From Octopus vulgaris (lineage: Eukaryota), in the NCBI GenBank assembly GCA_951406725.2, contig OX597815.1, positions 185,070,001-185,134,000 on the forward strand: a stretch of 64,000 bases of DNA. The letters are read 5' to 3'. The position numbers were made by a program, and so were the translations under genes. Under the pieces are notes generated by a model, which was not told where the DNA came from, did no database searches, and saw only the letters and a program-made list of their open reading frames with translations. Position 1 is the stretch's first letter, and each line of letters begins with the position of its first letter. Below are positions 40,722 to 52,750 of this stretch, piece after piece.

Positions 40722-42007
40722 CATACATACATACATACATACATACATACATACATACAACCTATTAGTGGTACAGTGAATATTTGTAAGTATTCTAAAT
40801 ATTCTCCGTCTGAGAATATTCATGTGAAGAGATGCATGCACATGGGTGTATGCATCACCAGTTCAACCAACACACTAACTCAGCCACATAGGTACAACAC
40901 CGGAAACTTACATAAGCCAAGGCGCGCTGTCACATTGTTAACGACTAGCTTGGATTTTCTTAAGAAGAACTTAAATAAAACTCATAAGAAAAATCATACA
41001 TAAATACTCACATGTGTACATACATATATCCATGTATGTATGTGTCTGAGTGTGTGAGAGAGAGAGAGAGAGAAAGAGAGAAAGTGACGCCGACAGACAG
41101 AGAGTGATGGAAGGAGAAAAATTAACAAGTGTGGGACGTGTTTTTTCTCTTTACGAGATAAAGATGAAATTTCCAGACGTAAACATAGATTGTATGACAG
41201 CGTAAGACTCCAGATATAGTTTGTAGGTGTTGCGCCGGAAAACATAAAGTGTTGATACGTAATTAATATTTCGGAAGTGTCTACACAAATTGTTTTTGGC
41301 AACAAACAACACAATTCTTTGGTGTGAAGCACAAACAAAATGGTTTCAGTGTTGTATGATTATTATACGTAAATCTTAGCAGAGGCGTTAGTATGTTGTC
41401 GAATCAAGTATTCGAATGCTATACTTTGATTTCTATTTAGAATATTTCACTAAATAATTTCGAAAATATATTGCATCTCGACTTCATGATACTAGTTCGA
41501 TATCGTCTATTTATTTATTTTATATTCAAATAAGGGAAGATAAAATGTGAAGACAAAATAATGTTATTTAAATGAAAACCACCAGGCTAAAACATTCGGT
41601 GTTGCGTTTTGTATTCGATGATGCAACACATTAAAGCATTACATCATGCATATAAATACTTATGTCTGTGTATGCATTAAATAAAGTAGATCTGTTTAAT
41701 ATTTAAACATTCCTTAGGAATACAAATTTAACAAAATTATCATTCTAATGCTATGTAACACATTATATAAACATGCGTTTGAAGTTGTCTATAAAGTATG
41801 AAGTGCTTGCTATGTACACATGCGGACGAATATACACATATCTGCTTATATAAATAGTTGCATAATCATGCATGCATACATACTCATATATATGTACGCA
41901 AATTCAGGTATTATACACACACATATTCGTATATACAAACATACATATATATATTCATGTGTGTGTGCGTGCGATGTGCGTGTGTGTATTATATATATAT
42001 ATACATA

Positions 42008-42049
<42 letters not shown>

Positions 42050-42059
42050 TATATATATA

Positions 42060-42101
<42 letters not shown>

Positions 42102-42654
42102 ATACACACACGCGCGCGCGCACACACACACATATGAATGAATCGATAATCTCATTTTCATAAACGATGATCTCCTATTGCAATACCTATTGATCTTACA
42201 AAGGCAGTAATTATGGTTAAAAGATTTATACGTGGAACGATGCAAATCACAGCAAATTACAATGGCATACGGGGAGAAATAGCATAACAATGGTTTCTCT
42301 GAACATAATATTTATGAATCAGACAATTTTGTGAATAAATAGTAAGGATATATTAAGTAGACTATTCGTCTAGCAAAGTTATATGTGACTGTTAAACTAA
42401 TGTAACTATTTAGATGTTAAGTCGAATTGTCAACATATATATCATACATGAGTAAAGTGATACGATAGCATTGTCATAAATTCATTTGCCCTTCTCATAT
42501 CACAATGTAGCGTAACAACAGATATGAAGGAATGAAAACCTTTATTACTGTATTGTTAAATATCTAAATTTTCAACACACAATTGATTTTTATGACCAAA
42601 GCAGACGATATTATAAATAAGTGTATACACCATTTATTCCGTAATTTCTACACA

Positions 42655-42737
<83 letters not shown>

Positions 42738-42925
42738 CTTTCACTCTCCATTTTTTACCCTCATACCTTTCTAGCGAAAAATGTAGGCTCGAAATTTCAA
42801 ATATTTTCCCATTTTTCCTGAGCGTCAAACTAATACCTCCGCTTGCTGTTCCCTCACATGATTTCGTCTTTTGTTTTTCTGTGAAATTGGAATAGTTTTC
42901 AGTCGTGGAACACGACTGTCACTAC

Positions 42926-42967
42926 GTAAACCTGACGACTGCGTAATGCCTGAAAGTACTAGTTTAT
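42926..42967 (+). ncRNA. Minimal type-I hammerhead ribozyme motif (Penelope-like)
   Basis: GUAAAC-CUGACGA-cuGCGuaaUGCcu-GAAA-GUAC-UA-GUUUAU: intact core, 6-bp stem I, palindromic stem III AGUACU, weak stem II. Confidence 0.65.
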
Positions 42968-43399
42968 TTCAATACTGTAAATCTCTAAAGATTGCAAATA
43001 ATAAAACGTGAAAATCAGACTAAATTGAAATTTTATTGATAAATATATATGTATGAGAGTGTGTTTGTGTGTGTATGTTTGTATATATATATATATATAT
43101 ATATATGATGTATAGATCCAACATGGGTAGAATCAACAATGAAAGTACTCCATCAAGTGAGAGACAAATACAAATTTACATCATATTCTCAGTGTCCTTG
43201 CTTTTTAAAGTATATATAACGCATAACCAGAGCCTGTGAGATTGCTTAGAGATGTATAACTTATTTTATAAATATGCCTGGTTAATGCGCAGGAGTGGCA
43301 AGTGTCTTCTACAGTTCTATATTTAAGAGATGAGGAATTATGCACATTATTTACATTATTTACATTCGACAGATATTTTTCCTCTTCTTGTTTGTTGTT

Positions 43400-43445
43400 A
43401 ACACAACGTTTCGACTGATATACCCTCAAGCCTTCTTCAGGTGTC
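43400..43445 (-). ncRNA. Minimal hammerhead ribozyme motif, core intact
   Basis: GACAC-CUGAAGA-a-GGCU...AGUC-GAAA-CG-UU-GUGUU; palindromic AACGUU stem III. Confidence 0.6.
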
Positions 43446-43619
43446 TCGGGGAAATTTCGAACCTGGCATATGGTGTAGTGATTAAGAGCGCGGGCTACTA
43501 ACGACAAGATTCCGAGTTCGATTCCAAGCAGGGACCTGAACAATAACAATAATAATAATAATAATAATAACATCGAAAAATACCTTACGAATGAGAACCC
43601 AGGATCGAAATTTCCCCAA

Positions 43620-43665
43620 GACACGCGAAGAAGGCTGGAGGTTATATCAGCCGAAACGTTGTGTT
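43620..43665 (+). ncRNA. Hammerhead motif with mutated core (GCGAAGA), probably inactive
   Basis: GACAC-GCGAAGA-a-GGCUG...CAGCC-GAAA-CG-UU-GUGUU. Confidence 0.5.
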
Positions 43666-43714
43666 AAAAAAAATCATGAGGACAAATATCTCTCAAATGT
43701 AAATAATGTAAATA

Positions 43715-43885
43715 AAGTGTCTTGTACTATAGCCTCGGGCCGACCAAAGCCTTGTGAGTGGATTTGGTAGACGGAATCTGAAAGAAGCCCATCGTATATA
43801 TACATATATATATATGTGTGTGTTTCTGTGTGCTTACGTGTGTGTGTGTGTCTGTGTGTATGTTTATGGTTGTGTGTCTGTGCTT
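43715..43885 (+). mobile_element. SINE family B fragment (its 5' remnant is at 43287-43312)
   Basis: ACTATAGCCTCGGGCCGACCAAAGCCTTGTGAGTGGATTTGGTAGACGG. Confidence 0.75.
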
Positions 43886-44412
43886 GTAAAAGAATGTATC
43901 GTTAAAGTGTGAAACTATTAGTAGCTCTTTCGGCTGCGTATTAAATTGATATACATATAGAGGGTGTATGTGCGTATGCATGTACGCATATCACCGTAAA
44001 GCACCGAAAGGGAGACTCCTGGAGAAAAACTGTTTTGATTTTCGAAGTTTGCGTAGCTGGGAGGTTTCTGCCTATTAGTAATAAAAAAAAAACATAATTT
44101 GCTACGAGTAATAACTTAGAAATTGTCGACATTGAACGTCTTTCGAAGCTACAATTTTAAGCTCACAAATGCCTCGGTGTGTGGACATCTGTATGTGTGT
44201 GTGCGGCGCGTCTTATAATTGTTTGTCTATATCTCTCTCCCTCCTTCACTCTGTTTTCTGTTTCTTCCTGTTTTAACGCTTTCCTTTCACTAGACCTTTT
44301 CCTATCTATTTATCTATCGATTTATTTACCTCTCCCCCTCTCTCTCTCACTCTCTCACTCTCTCTCTCACTTTCTCTCTCTCTCTCTCTCTCTATACATA
44401 TATATATATATA

Positions 44413-44527
44413 TCACGTGATCACGTGACCGATCAGACCATCAGATGTTGTTACACATCGCTGGTCACAATGCACTTCGCATTGTTTTAGCCTTCGAATG
44501 ACGCCACCCCGCTGGCTAAACGAGCAG

Positions 44528-44530
<3 letters not shown>
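44413..44530 (-). mobile_element. 3' tail-only copy of SINE family C within (TA)n
   Basis: Matches 3113-3221 and 51136-51252; ends in (TCACGTGA)2. Confidence 0.78.
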
Positions 44531-44580
<50 letters not shown>

Positions 44581-45008
44581 ATATACACACAATAAGATAT
44601 AATATATTGATATATCAAAAATATATTACATATATTATAATATAGGTGGCCCGTTAGCAATTAAAACCTAAGAGCAAGTTAAAAAACAAGGAGTACCAGC
44701 GAAACACTCTGACGCGAACTAAGATTATAATGACTAGAGTTCGAAATCACGTGAGATGGGTATGTCTATTTATTTCATTTTGTGAGTTTATCTCACCATG
44801 AAAGGTGCTTTACCTCGCTCCTCCGCTTTCCGTCAGTTTATAGAGAAGAAATAAACTTGTTATGTAAACACGTCTCCGTCGCATGTTCTTCAGACACACG
44901 AGAACAGGATGCATCGATTAGAAAATAAGAACACAAGAGCTTCCGTCACACGAACTTAGAAGACGATGACCCATTTCAATTCAAGCTAGTTTTAGTTTTG
45001 CCATCTAA

Positions 45009-45395
45009 GGAGGCGCAATGGCCCAGTGGTTAGGGCAGCGGACTCGCGGTCATAGGATCGCGGTTTCGATTCCCAGACCGGGCGTTCTGAGTGTTCATTG
45101 AGCGAAAACACCTAAAAGCTCCACGAAGCTCCGGCAGGGGATGGTGGTGATCCCTGCTGTACTCTTTCACCACAACTTTCTTTCACTCTTACTTCCTGTT
45201 TTTGTTGTACCTGTATTTCAAAGGGCCGGCCTTGTCACTCACTGTGTCACGCTGAATATCCCCGAGAACTACGTTAAGGGTAAACGTGTCTGTGGAGTGC
45301 TCAGCCACTTACACGTTAATTTCACGAGCAGGCTGTTCCGTTGATTCGGATCAACCGGAACCCTCGTCGTCGTAACCGACGGAGTGTTTCTATCC
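45009..45395 (+). mobile_element. SINE family C, tail type 2, with 12-bp TSD AGTTTTGCCATC
   Basis: A box TGGCCCAGTGG, B box GGTTTCGATTCC; TSD at 44994-45005 and 45396-45407. Confidence 0.88.
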
Positions 45396-46639
45396 AGTTT
45401 TGCCATCACCATCAGCAAGTTGCAAGGGAAAACATTTTCGTTTGTCGGTTTAGAACTTGAAGCGCACTATTTTACTCATTGTCAGCTTTACGTCGGATGT
45501 CCAAGAGTACCCACCGAATGGGAAAATAAATAATTCGTTTATCATGACATGATAAATCTACCCAAATAATGCAAAAACCCATCCTGATCAGGAGGACTAT
45601 CTGTCGAGAAAGCCATAGTCTGACATGGAATTAAAAAAATTGAAATAAAGTCATTCTATCGTGAAAATTACTCGGCAATGACGGGCTGCTCAGATTACAA
45701 CTTACATTCTTACCAATAGCCATTGGTACGCTCGGTTATATTAATAAATGCTTGAGCCACAATCTGAAGAATCTAGCATTACTAAGCAAAGAAAGAGACC
45801 GGCTAACATGAAGCTTACACACAAAATTTATATGGAGATCAGTAAGAATATGTAAAACATACAGTTTCAGTATGCAGCAATTACCATTTTTGCTATCGAA
45901 ACGCCAATGATGGAGTTTTTGTTTCTTTGATAGAAATAATAATGTTATTAAATAAAAGAAAAGAGAAAGAGTTGCATACATACATATTTATATGCATATG
46001 TATGGGGGTTCGTGCGTGAGCATCTGTTTCTGAAACATTTTAATTATTCTCAAATAGGGATTTTAATAAGGATTTTGAATAAATATTCATATCAATTAGG
46101 AATATTTTCTAGCTGCGACACGAAGTTCAGGATTAAAAAAACTAATTATAAACTGAAATGATTGCGTTACCACGCATCTAGTATTCCGTTAAGAGAATGT
46201 TACTTATCATCAACTGCATCCTTCTTGAAGCGTTTTAAAAATGCAGAACTCTCCTGCGAGCAGGAGTCACCTGAGTGTGCATAGAAACCAGCTTTTTGGG
46301 TAAAATTTTCGGTGAAAATTTTCGAAAACGTTTTGAGGAAAATTTTTGAACAGAGGTACCAGCATTAATAATATCCCCTGAGTAAAATGGCTAACGAATA
46401 AAGACTCGTTGAAAACCCGTCGCATATATATACATCATCTGGGAATCAAAAAATCAGATACACTTGGCAGATTCTATGTTGTCCATCCCAACTACTCAGA
46501 GTGATACTAACTAAGGCTTTTATTACACCATGTCAAGGGACCCATATAATTTACAGCCTTACGTATGGTTGATAATACAGTGTGTCAAACATATCACCAG
46601 GCTTGTCATCTCAGAAGTCTTCTGGAAGATGATGCACAT

Positions 46640-46990
46640 TGGAATTCCACTCTGACAGAGGTACAAATGTGAAAGTGACTTATGCAGCTGAGAAACCTCT
46701 TCTCCATTATGGGAACATGATGGGTGAGAATGTTTTCATTCCAAGAATACCTATAATCTCAAATGATCACCCCTTTCAGTTCAAGGGACTGTCAAACATA
46801 GCTTTGCCATGTTTATCAACAATGCACAAGGTCAATCTCTGAAGGTGGTGGGACTTAACCTCCTTCAACCTTGCTTGTCACATGCTCAGCTGTACGTTTG
46901 ATGTTCTAGAGTTGGAGATGAAAAGAACCTCGACACTCTCAGTGATAAACATGGCAAGACAGAAAACAAAGGATATGAAGAAGCACTCAC
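46640..46990 (+). pseudogene. Helitron RepHel PIF1-family helicase C-terminal fragment
   Basis: GENVFIPRIPIISNDHPFQFK / FAMFINNAQGQSLKVVGLNLLQPCLSHAQLYV*CSRVG / GKTENKGYEEAL, with a frameshift and a stop. Confidence 0.8.
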
Positions 46991-47145
46991 AGGAATAGTA
47001 GGTCCATGGGATATACAGAAGTGCAAAACCATTGAGCGTTAACGTATTAGAATTACACTTTCACTTTTCCACTGACATGCATGAATGTGTATAAAAGTGA
47101 AACAATAACGTGATATATTCGCTGTCTGTTTGTGTGTGTGTTTGT

Positions 47146-47182
<37 letters not shown>

Positions 47183-47379
47183 TTGTGTGTGTACTCTACG
47201 CACAGCTTTTCATTGTTTGTAACCTGTACCTGTTTCTTGGTTACAAAATAAGTTAGATAAACGTGTATTGACTTCATATACATATATGAGTTGAAGACTT
47301 TCTTTTAACATTTCACTTAACGTCTATGTTCCATGTTGACATGGGTTGCAGAGTTACGTAGAAAGTTTGTATTTCAGCT

Positions 47380-47780
47380 ACTAGCAGTTGAGACCCGCGT
47401 AATCTAAACGGGTTTCTGCGGCCGACAGGTATTTATATATGTTTTAGATTTTAATGATTTCTGTGGGAGGTTTTGGAACGTAACACTTGCGATAGTCAAG
47501 AGATTATTGTAAATATGTATATACACGTATGTATGTAGGTATGTAGGTAGGTAGATAAGTAGGTAGGACCTAATGTATGTATGTATGTATGTATGTATTA
47601 TGTATGTATGAAAGGTAGCTATGTAGCACCTAATATATGTATGTATATCGATCTGGCAAATTTGCACACTATGTATGTATGTCTGTATATAGGTAGGTAT
47701 GTAGGTAGGTAGGTAGGTAGGTAGGCAGGTAGGCATGTCTGCATAAACATGTATCTATATAAACATTTATGTATGTTTAC
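47380..47780 (+). mobile_element. Possible non-autonomous Helitron/Helentron-like element
   Basis: ACTAGCAG start, CCCG...CGGG hairpin, then (TAGG/TATG)n microsatellite. Confidence 0.3.
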
Positions 47781-48195
47781 ATGTATATAACTCTCTAGGA
47801 ATAAACTGGAATTTTGTTTTGTACGGAGACAGAGGTAGTGATATATATTTCACAGTATCTGATATTTTGTAAAAAGTGTAATTTGAATTTTTAATTTACG
47901 AAATTAAATATTCAAATAATGAAGGATAATTTACTGAGAGGGAATATAATTAAAATTACTTGAATTGTGTAAATTAGTATAGTCATTAAAAAATTTCCCA
48001 CGGAACGTTATAAAATGTAAGGGTAGTTTTTCTTTTTGTATTCGTTTATTTATTTTTTTTTTGCTGGGTGTTGGTAATTTTTTATGAACATCGACTCGAA
48101 CCAATTTTAATCAATACTCCTAGACGGCTAAAGACTCTCAACATCATTTAATAGCAAATTATCCAAAATATCGGCAACGCATGCGATTGTATATA

Positions 48196-48900
48196 CAGGG
48201 TGTCCATAAATTACTTTTAAAGTTGAAAAATTCAGGAAAAAATAAGGGTTACTTAGAAGAGCTTATTGGAAAGCAGAGATAAATACAGATTTTTCAGAAA
48301 CACTTCCATGTAGGCCTCATTTTTACTTGCATCACATCTCGATAATAAATTGTGGAAGTAGTAAAGATAATTTATGGACACCATCTGACCAACCCAGTTT
48401 GCCTAATTTAGTTCTAAAGACGTATGTGGTTCCACATTTTCATAGTGAATGTGGAACCATTTCAAATCCTTTCTCGATCACTTTTTCTGATGACTTCTCT
48501 AAGCTTTCACTGTGTCTGGTTGCATCGCTTGCTGTTCACAGTAGAATCACGTTCCAACAAATCGTGGAGAACGGCTGCGTTGTTATCCCATGACTTATTA
48601 CCTATTATTCAAGATCACAGGATCACAGGATCTTGAAATTCTTAAACTTCCGAGAAGAGATATGATGCTATTCCGTAACCCGAGACTTCGTATCATAAAG
48701 ATATGCATACATTCTATCTCCTGTCATCAGATCGACAAAAAAGACACGTCTCCATTGTCTTAAAACACATGCTGCAGATCAGAGCAGACTTCAGACGTTT
48801 CGTACTTCAAATCGAATGTCATCTGCTACAGTGTCCACTTTATATACACTTTCCGATACCCCAAATCTATAATGCAATATACCCGCAATCTTCTTGTGCA
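48196..48900 (-). mobile_element. Decayed Tc1/mariner-like fragment
   Basis: TA-CAGGGTGTCC terminus at ~48194-48205; coding remnants are weak. Confidence 0.3.
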
Positions 48901-48911
48901 GCAACCTCAAT

Positions 48912-49289
48912 GGAGGCGCAATGGCCCAGTGGTTAGGGTAGCGGACTCGCGGTCGGAGTATCGCGGTTTCGATTCCCAGACCGGTCGTTGTGTGTGTTTA
49001 TTGAGCGAAAACACCTAAAACTCCACGAGGCTCCGACAGGGGTTGGTGGCGACCCCTGTTGTACTCTTTCGCCCCAACTTTCTCTCACTCTTTCTTCCTG
49101 TTTCTTGTCCCCGACTTCCTACGCAACCGCTGAGCCTGGATGCGCATTCATCCATCCGTCGATGCTCTCGGTGTCGGGGGGGTTGACCTGCTTCCTCTTC
49201 TGCGGGTCTTACGAATAGTAAAGGACCACGTTTCGGACTTCTCCCATCTTGCGAGATCTGGGACGAAGACCGTTCGCTCAACAGCAACA
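48912..49289 (+). mobile_element. SINE family C, tail type 3 ending in (CAA/CAG)n, with 13-bp TSD GCAGCAACCTCAA
   Basis: Shared head and core; TSD at 48898-48910 and 49290-49302. Confidence 0.88.
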
Positions 49290-49864
49290 GCAGCAACCTC
49301 AAGGATTGTGTCACTACGGGAATCAATTTGTGCCCTCACTATGGCGATTCACGTTAGCTGTTGCAATTGATGATCACCCCCTATGTGGTTTATTTTCAAT
49401 GGTGGTTTTCCTTTCTTTGAAGTTCTGCTGGCGTCTACAGACATTGCTCTTACTGATAGTATCGTCTCCATAAACAGCCTAAACTCTCTTGTGGGTGTCG
49501 GACAGCCTGCATCCATCTTTCCTCAAGAGCTCACTGATGGTATGTCGCTCCTGCTTCAAACTGTTTACTTACATGCAATAAAGTAAAACACTAACAGTTA
49601 CTCTACCAACATGTGCAGTTTGAATGACCAATAACAGTTAATAAGAGTTGTGACGATGTTTTACTTTCAGTAGAAGCTTCTTGTGCTAATGTGTGTGTGA
49701 TGTGTATACATATATACATATATTTAACCATATCAAAGGGAAATGGAAATTAATTAATATTTACATTTCCAGTGGTCTAACGTCTAAAGATTTAGTCCAA
49801 AAGACTATATATTAGTCATAAGATACAGTGTACATTTAAACACATGAGGAATCCACTCATTAGT

Positions 49865-50051
49865 TTCAACACGCTAGAAAGAACAGCTAGGTTCTATAAC
49901 CACAAAACTTAGGGATAAAATTCGACAGGAACGAAATGAAAAATAAAAACATTTTACCATCTAGTTTCCTGGAAACTAGATGGTAAAATGTCGAATTTTA
50001 TCCCTAATTTTTGTAGTTATAGAACCTAGCTGTTCTTTCTAGCGTGTTGAA
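49865..50051. repeat. 187-bp palindrome with a ~23-nt bulge in the left arm
   Basis: TTCAACACGCTAGAAAGAACAGCTAGG...CTAGTTTCC-T-GGAAACTAG...CCTAGCTGTTCTTTCTAGCGTGTTGAA. Confidence 0.9.
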
Positions 50052-50379
50052 TCCATATATACATATATATATATCAATATATGTCTGTATGTATGTTTAT
50101 GTATATTTATAGTTTACTTTTCCATTAAGGAAAGATCAACAAAAACGTACTCCATCCAGTGAGAAATAAATATTATTTAATGCAATCAGTATATACTTAC
50201 AGGCTATTAATAGTTGCCTGTATTGGTGACTACATCTCCAACGCATGAAACTCGTAGCATAGAGTGGAGCAGAGAGGATGGACATTTTTGAAAAATTTAC
50301 AAAATTCATTAAATTTTGCTGCAAACAAATTTTATTGACATCGATGTGTTTGTATTGAATTAGCATTTGTCAAAATTAA

Positions 50380-50734
50380 GTGTGGAAAACAACATCCATC
50401 ATGTAGTGTCCGTTTTCGTTGATGCATTTTTGAAGGCGTTCTTGAAAGTTGGCCTCCACTCTCTTTCTCCAGCATTGCTCTGTATGTAGTTCCATGGTTT
50501 CAACTGTTGCCGAATGACTAATTTTTACGAGTGGAAATGCCGATTTCCATGCGAAATGCGCCTTATCGATCGATTGCCAACACCATATTCAATGGAATGC
50601 CTCCTTCACCTGAAAAGAAAAAAAAGAAATGCTAAGACACCACGGACCTAATGCTACCTGTTAGACATATGTGTCTCCCCCTGGGGCTGGGTAATAGCCA
50701 TTTCAAAAACGTCCGTTCACTTTGCCCCACCCTG
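50380..50734 (-). mobile_element. Internally deleted Tc1/mariner-like element
   Basis: Terminus TTGCCCCACCCTG-TA at 50722-50736; minus-strand DKAHF (SDEAHF-like) and KCINENGH remnants. Confidence 0.45.
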
Positions 50735-50810
50735 TAGCACGTAACTCAATACTGAGTAAATTAAATTGTGTGTGTGTGTGTATGTCTGTGTGTGTATGTG
50801 TGTGTATACG

Positions 50811-50864
<54 letters not shown>

Positions 50865-50872
50865 CATACTGT

Positions 50873-51068
50873 CCGAGTCAGACGCCATGATAGATCGTTA
50901 GATACTACACGCATTTTTTTACTCTCCTTGTTTTTTTCTGTGTACCTTTCTGTAGAGGAGCGTAGGCTCGAAACGAAAAAGACTTTTTCTATTCCTGAGA
51001 GCTATACTAATACATCTGTTTGTACACACCACCTGCCTTCGTCTTTTGTTTATTTTTGTAAACTTTCC

Positions 51069-51072
<4 letters not shown>
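50873..51072 (+). mobile_element. Repeat in (TA)n with a decayed hammerhead motif at 50946-50981; related copy at ~42735-42890
   Basis: CUUU-CUGUAGA-g-GAGC-GUAG-GCUC-GAAA-CG-AA-AAAG; shares GTAGGCTCGAAA...CCTGAG...ACTAATAC...TTCGTCTTTTGTTT with 42782-42880. Confidence 0.5.
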
Positions 51073-51135
<63 letters not shown>

Positions 51136-51136
<1 letters not shown>

Positions 51137-51386
51137 CACGTGATCACGTGACTGAGCAGACCATCAGATGTTGTTACACATCGCTGGTCACAATGCGTTC
51201 GCATTGTTTTAGCCTTCAAATGACGCCACCCCGCTGGCTAAGCGAGCAGGCCAATAGAAGAAAGAGCCTCGTAGAGCTGTAAGGTGTTTTCGCTCAATAA
51301 ACACTCACAACGCCCGGTATGGGAATCGAAACCGCGATCCTACGACCGCGAGTCCGCTGCCCTAACCACTGGGCCATTGCGCCTCC
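51136..51386 (-). mobile_element. SINE family C, tail type 4 ending in (TCACGTGA)n, with part of the core deleted
   Basis: tRNA head at 51310-51386 joined to the tail that is also found alone at 3113 and 44413. Confidence 0.85.
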
Positions 51387-51407
51387 ACACACACACACAC
51401 ACACACT

Positions 51408-51442
<35 letters not shown>

Positions 51443-51814
51443 AATTAATTTTATGTATTGGCTTATGTTTTTCACTGTTTGATTTGCCTAATAGTGGTTT
51501 TATCTCTAATATAATATAATATAATATAATATATTTATACTATAAAATTGGATTTAATCCTAAATCTAATTTTTCCCTGTAAGTTTGGATTTATTCCCTA
51601 ATATTATTATAAATATATATATATATATATACATACCTGTGCAAGTACGCATGTATGTGTATACGATATGATTATCTTTTCATTCAAGTATATATTCGTT
51701 AAGCTACTTTTGGAACATAGTGTGAAATTGCCAGATCGATATACATCGTAGTCTTTTGTTTCGAAAGGAACAAGATGTGTTCGCATTTACTTAATGCTTC
51801 TCACTGAAGGAAAC

Positions 51815-51845
<31 letters not shown>

Positions 51846-51864
51846 AGGTGCGTGTGTGTGTGTG

Positions 51865-51900
<36 letters not shown>

Positions 51901-52668
51901 TGTAAGCTCAAGTAAATATGTAAACCGAAATATATTTATGGTTCGCTTTAGGTTTTCCGTTCACCTGCATCCGAGAACAGCTTCATTCACTCTCGAAGTT
52001 TTCCCAGATATATTACCTTTCAGAGAATGGAGCACGTAACTCAATGGTCTTCTATGTTCCTTTCCACAGTCTTCCGTTTGTCTAGCGTTTCCTTTATTCC
52101 CTCCGTGATGCTTCCGTTGGGATCCTGTTGGTTTACTGTTGTCGCTTTCCACAAGCAACCGTTTGTTTTCTGAATCAGTGAATCATAATTCTTATCGATT
52201 TCTTCCTGTTGACACCTGCTTTTGTTCCTGGAAACATTCTGCAGTTATGTCACATCGAAGAAAGGAAACGTGTATAGAGAAATGACAGCAATTAAGAACA
52301 AAGACGGGCTCGGGATAAAGGACAAATGAGAGGTGGAAGAGGTCTGCCTAACCGTTTCCTCAATATTTTTCTGTAACCAGTAACTCTTACTCGATCTTTC
52401 ATCGTCAAAAATATTGGAAGTGCTACTCATTCTGGTCAGTGAAACAGAGTAATCTTTAAAAATGAGATAGGTTGATAATTACCTGGGAAATGGTCTAACA
52501 ACGTACATGTTAATGTATGGCAGAGAACATCTGGACAATATCATCCATCGACGTTTCTAATATAATTTGAAAGTAAGAAAAATACCGTTACTATGGAAAT
52601 AATCGAATATTAAGAAAAGTCGGTTAAGGGAAACCTGAAATGTCGCCAATGCATTATTCTTCTTGTCT

Positions 52669-52750
52669 CTACAAATCGCTTAAAATCCCTTTACAAATCG
52701 CTTAAAAGTACTCTGCAAATTGCTTAAAACCTATACAAATCGCTTGAAAA
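52669..52750. repeat. Minisatellite: four copies of TACAAATCGCTTAAAA-like ~21-bp units
   Basis: Directly visible. Confidence 0.8.

Larger units (their letters stand above)
43313..43714. mobile_element. tRNA-headed element with inverted hammerhead-bearing arms (candidate Penelope-mobilised SINE), inserted into a family B SINE
   Basis: Arms 43347-43466 and 43599-43715 are inverted; tRNA-like head at 43465-43537; (TAA)n spacer; AAGTGTCTT.TAC duplicated at 43300-43312 and 43715-43727. Confidence 0.75.

Noticed and set aside
45009-45082. tRNA gene-like sequence (also at 48912, 51310, 15330 and 43465)
   Set aside because: The cloverleaf is imperfect and runs straight into SINE body sequence, with TSDs at some loci. 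These are SINE heads, not tRNA genes.
52669-52750. CRISPR-like short direct repeats
   Set aside because: Spacers are only a few nt, the context is eukaryotic and there are no cas genes; it is a minisatellite inside an RTE fossil.
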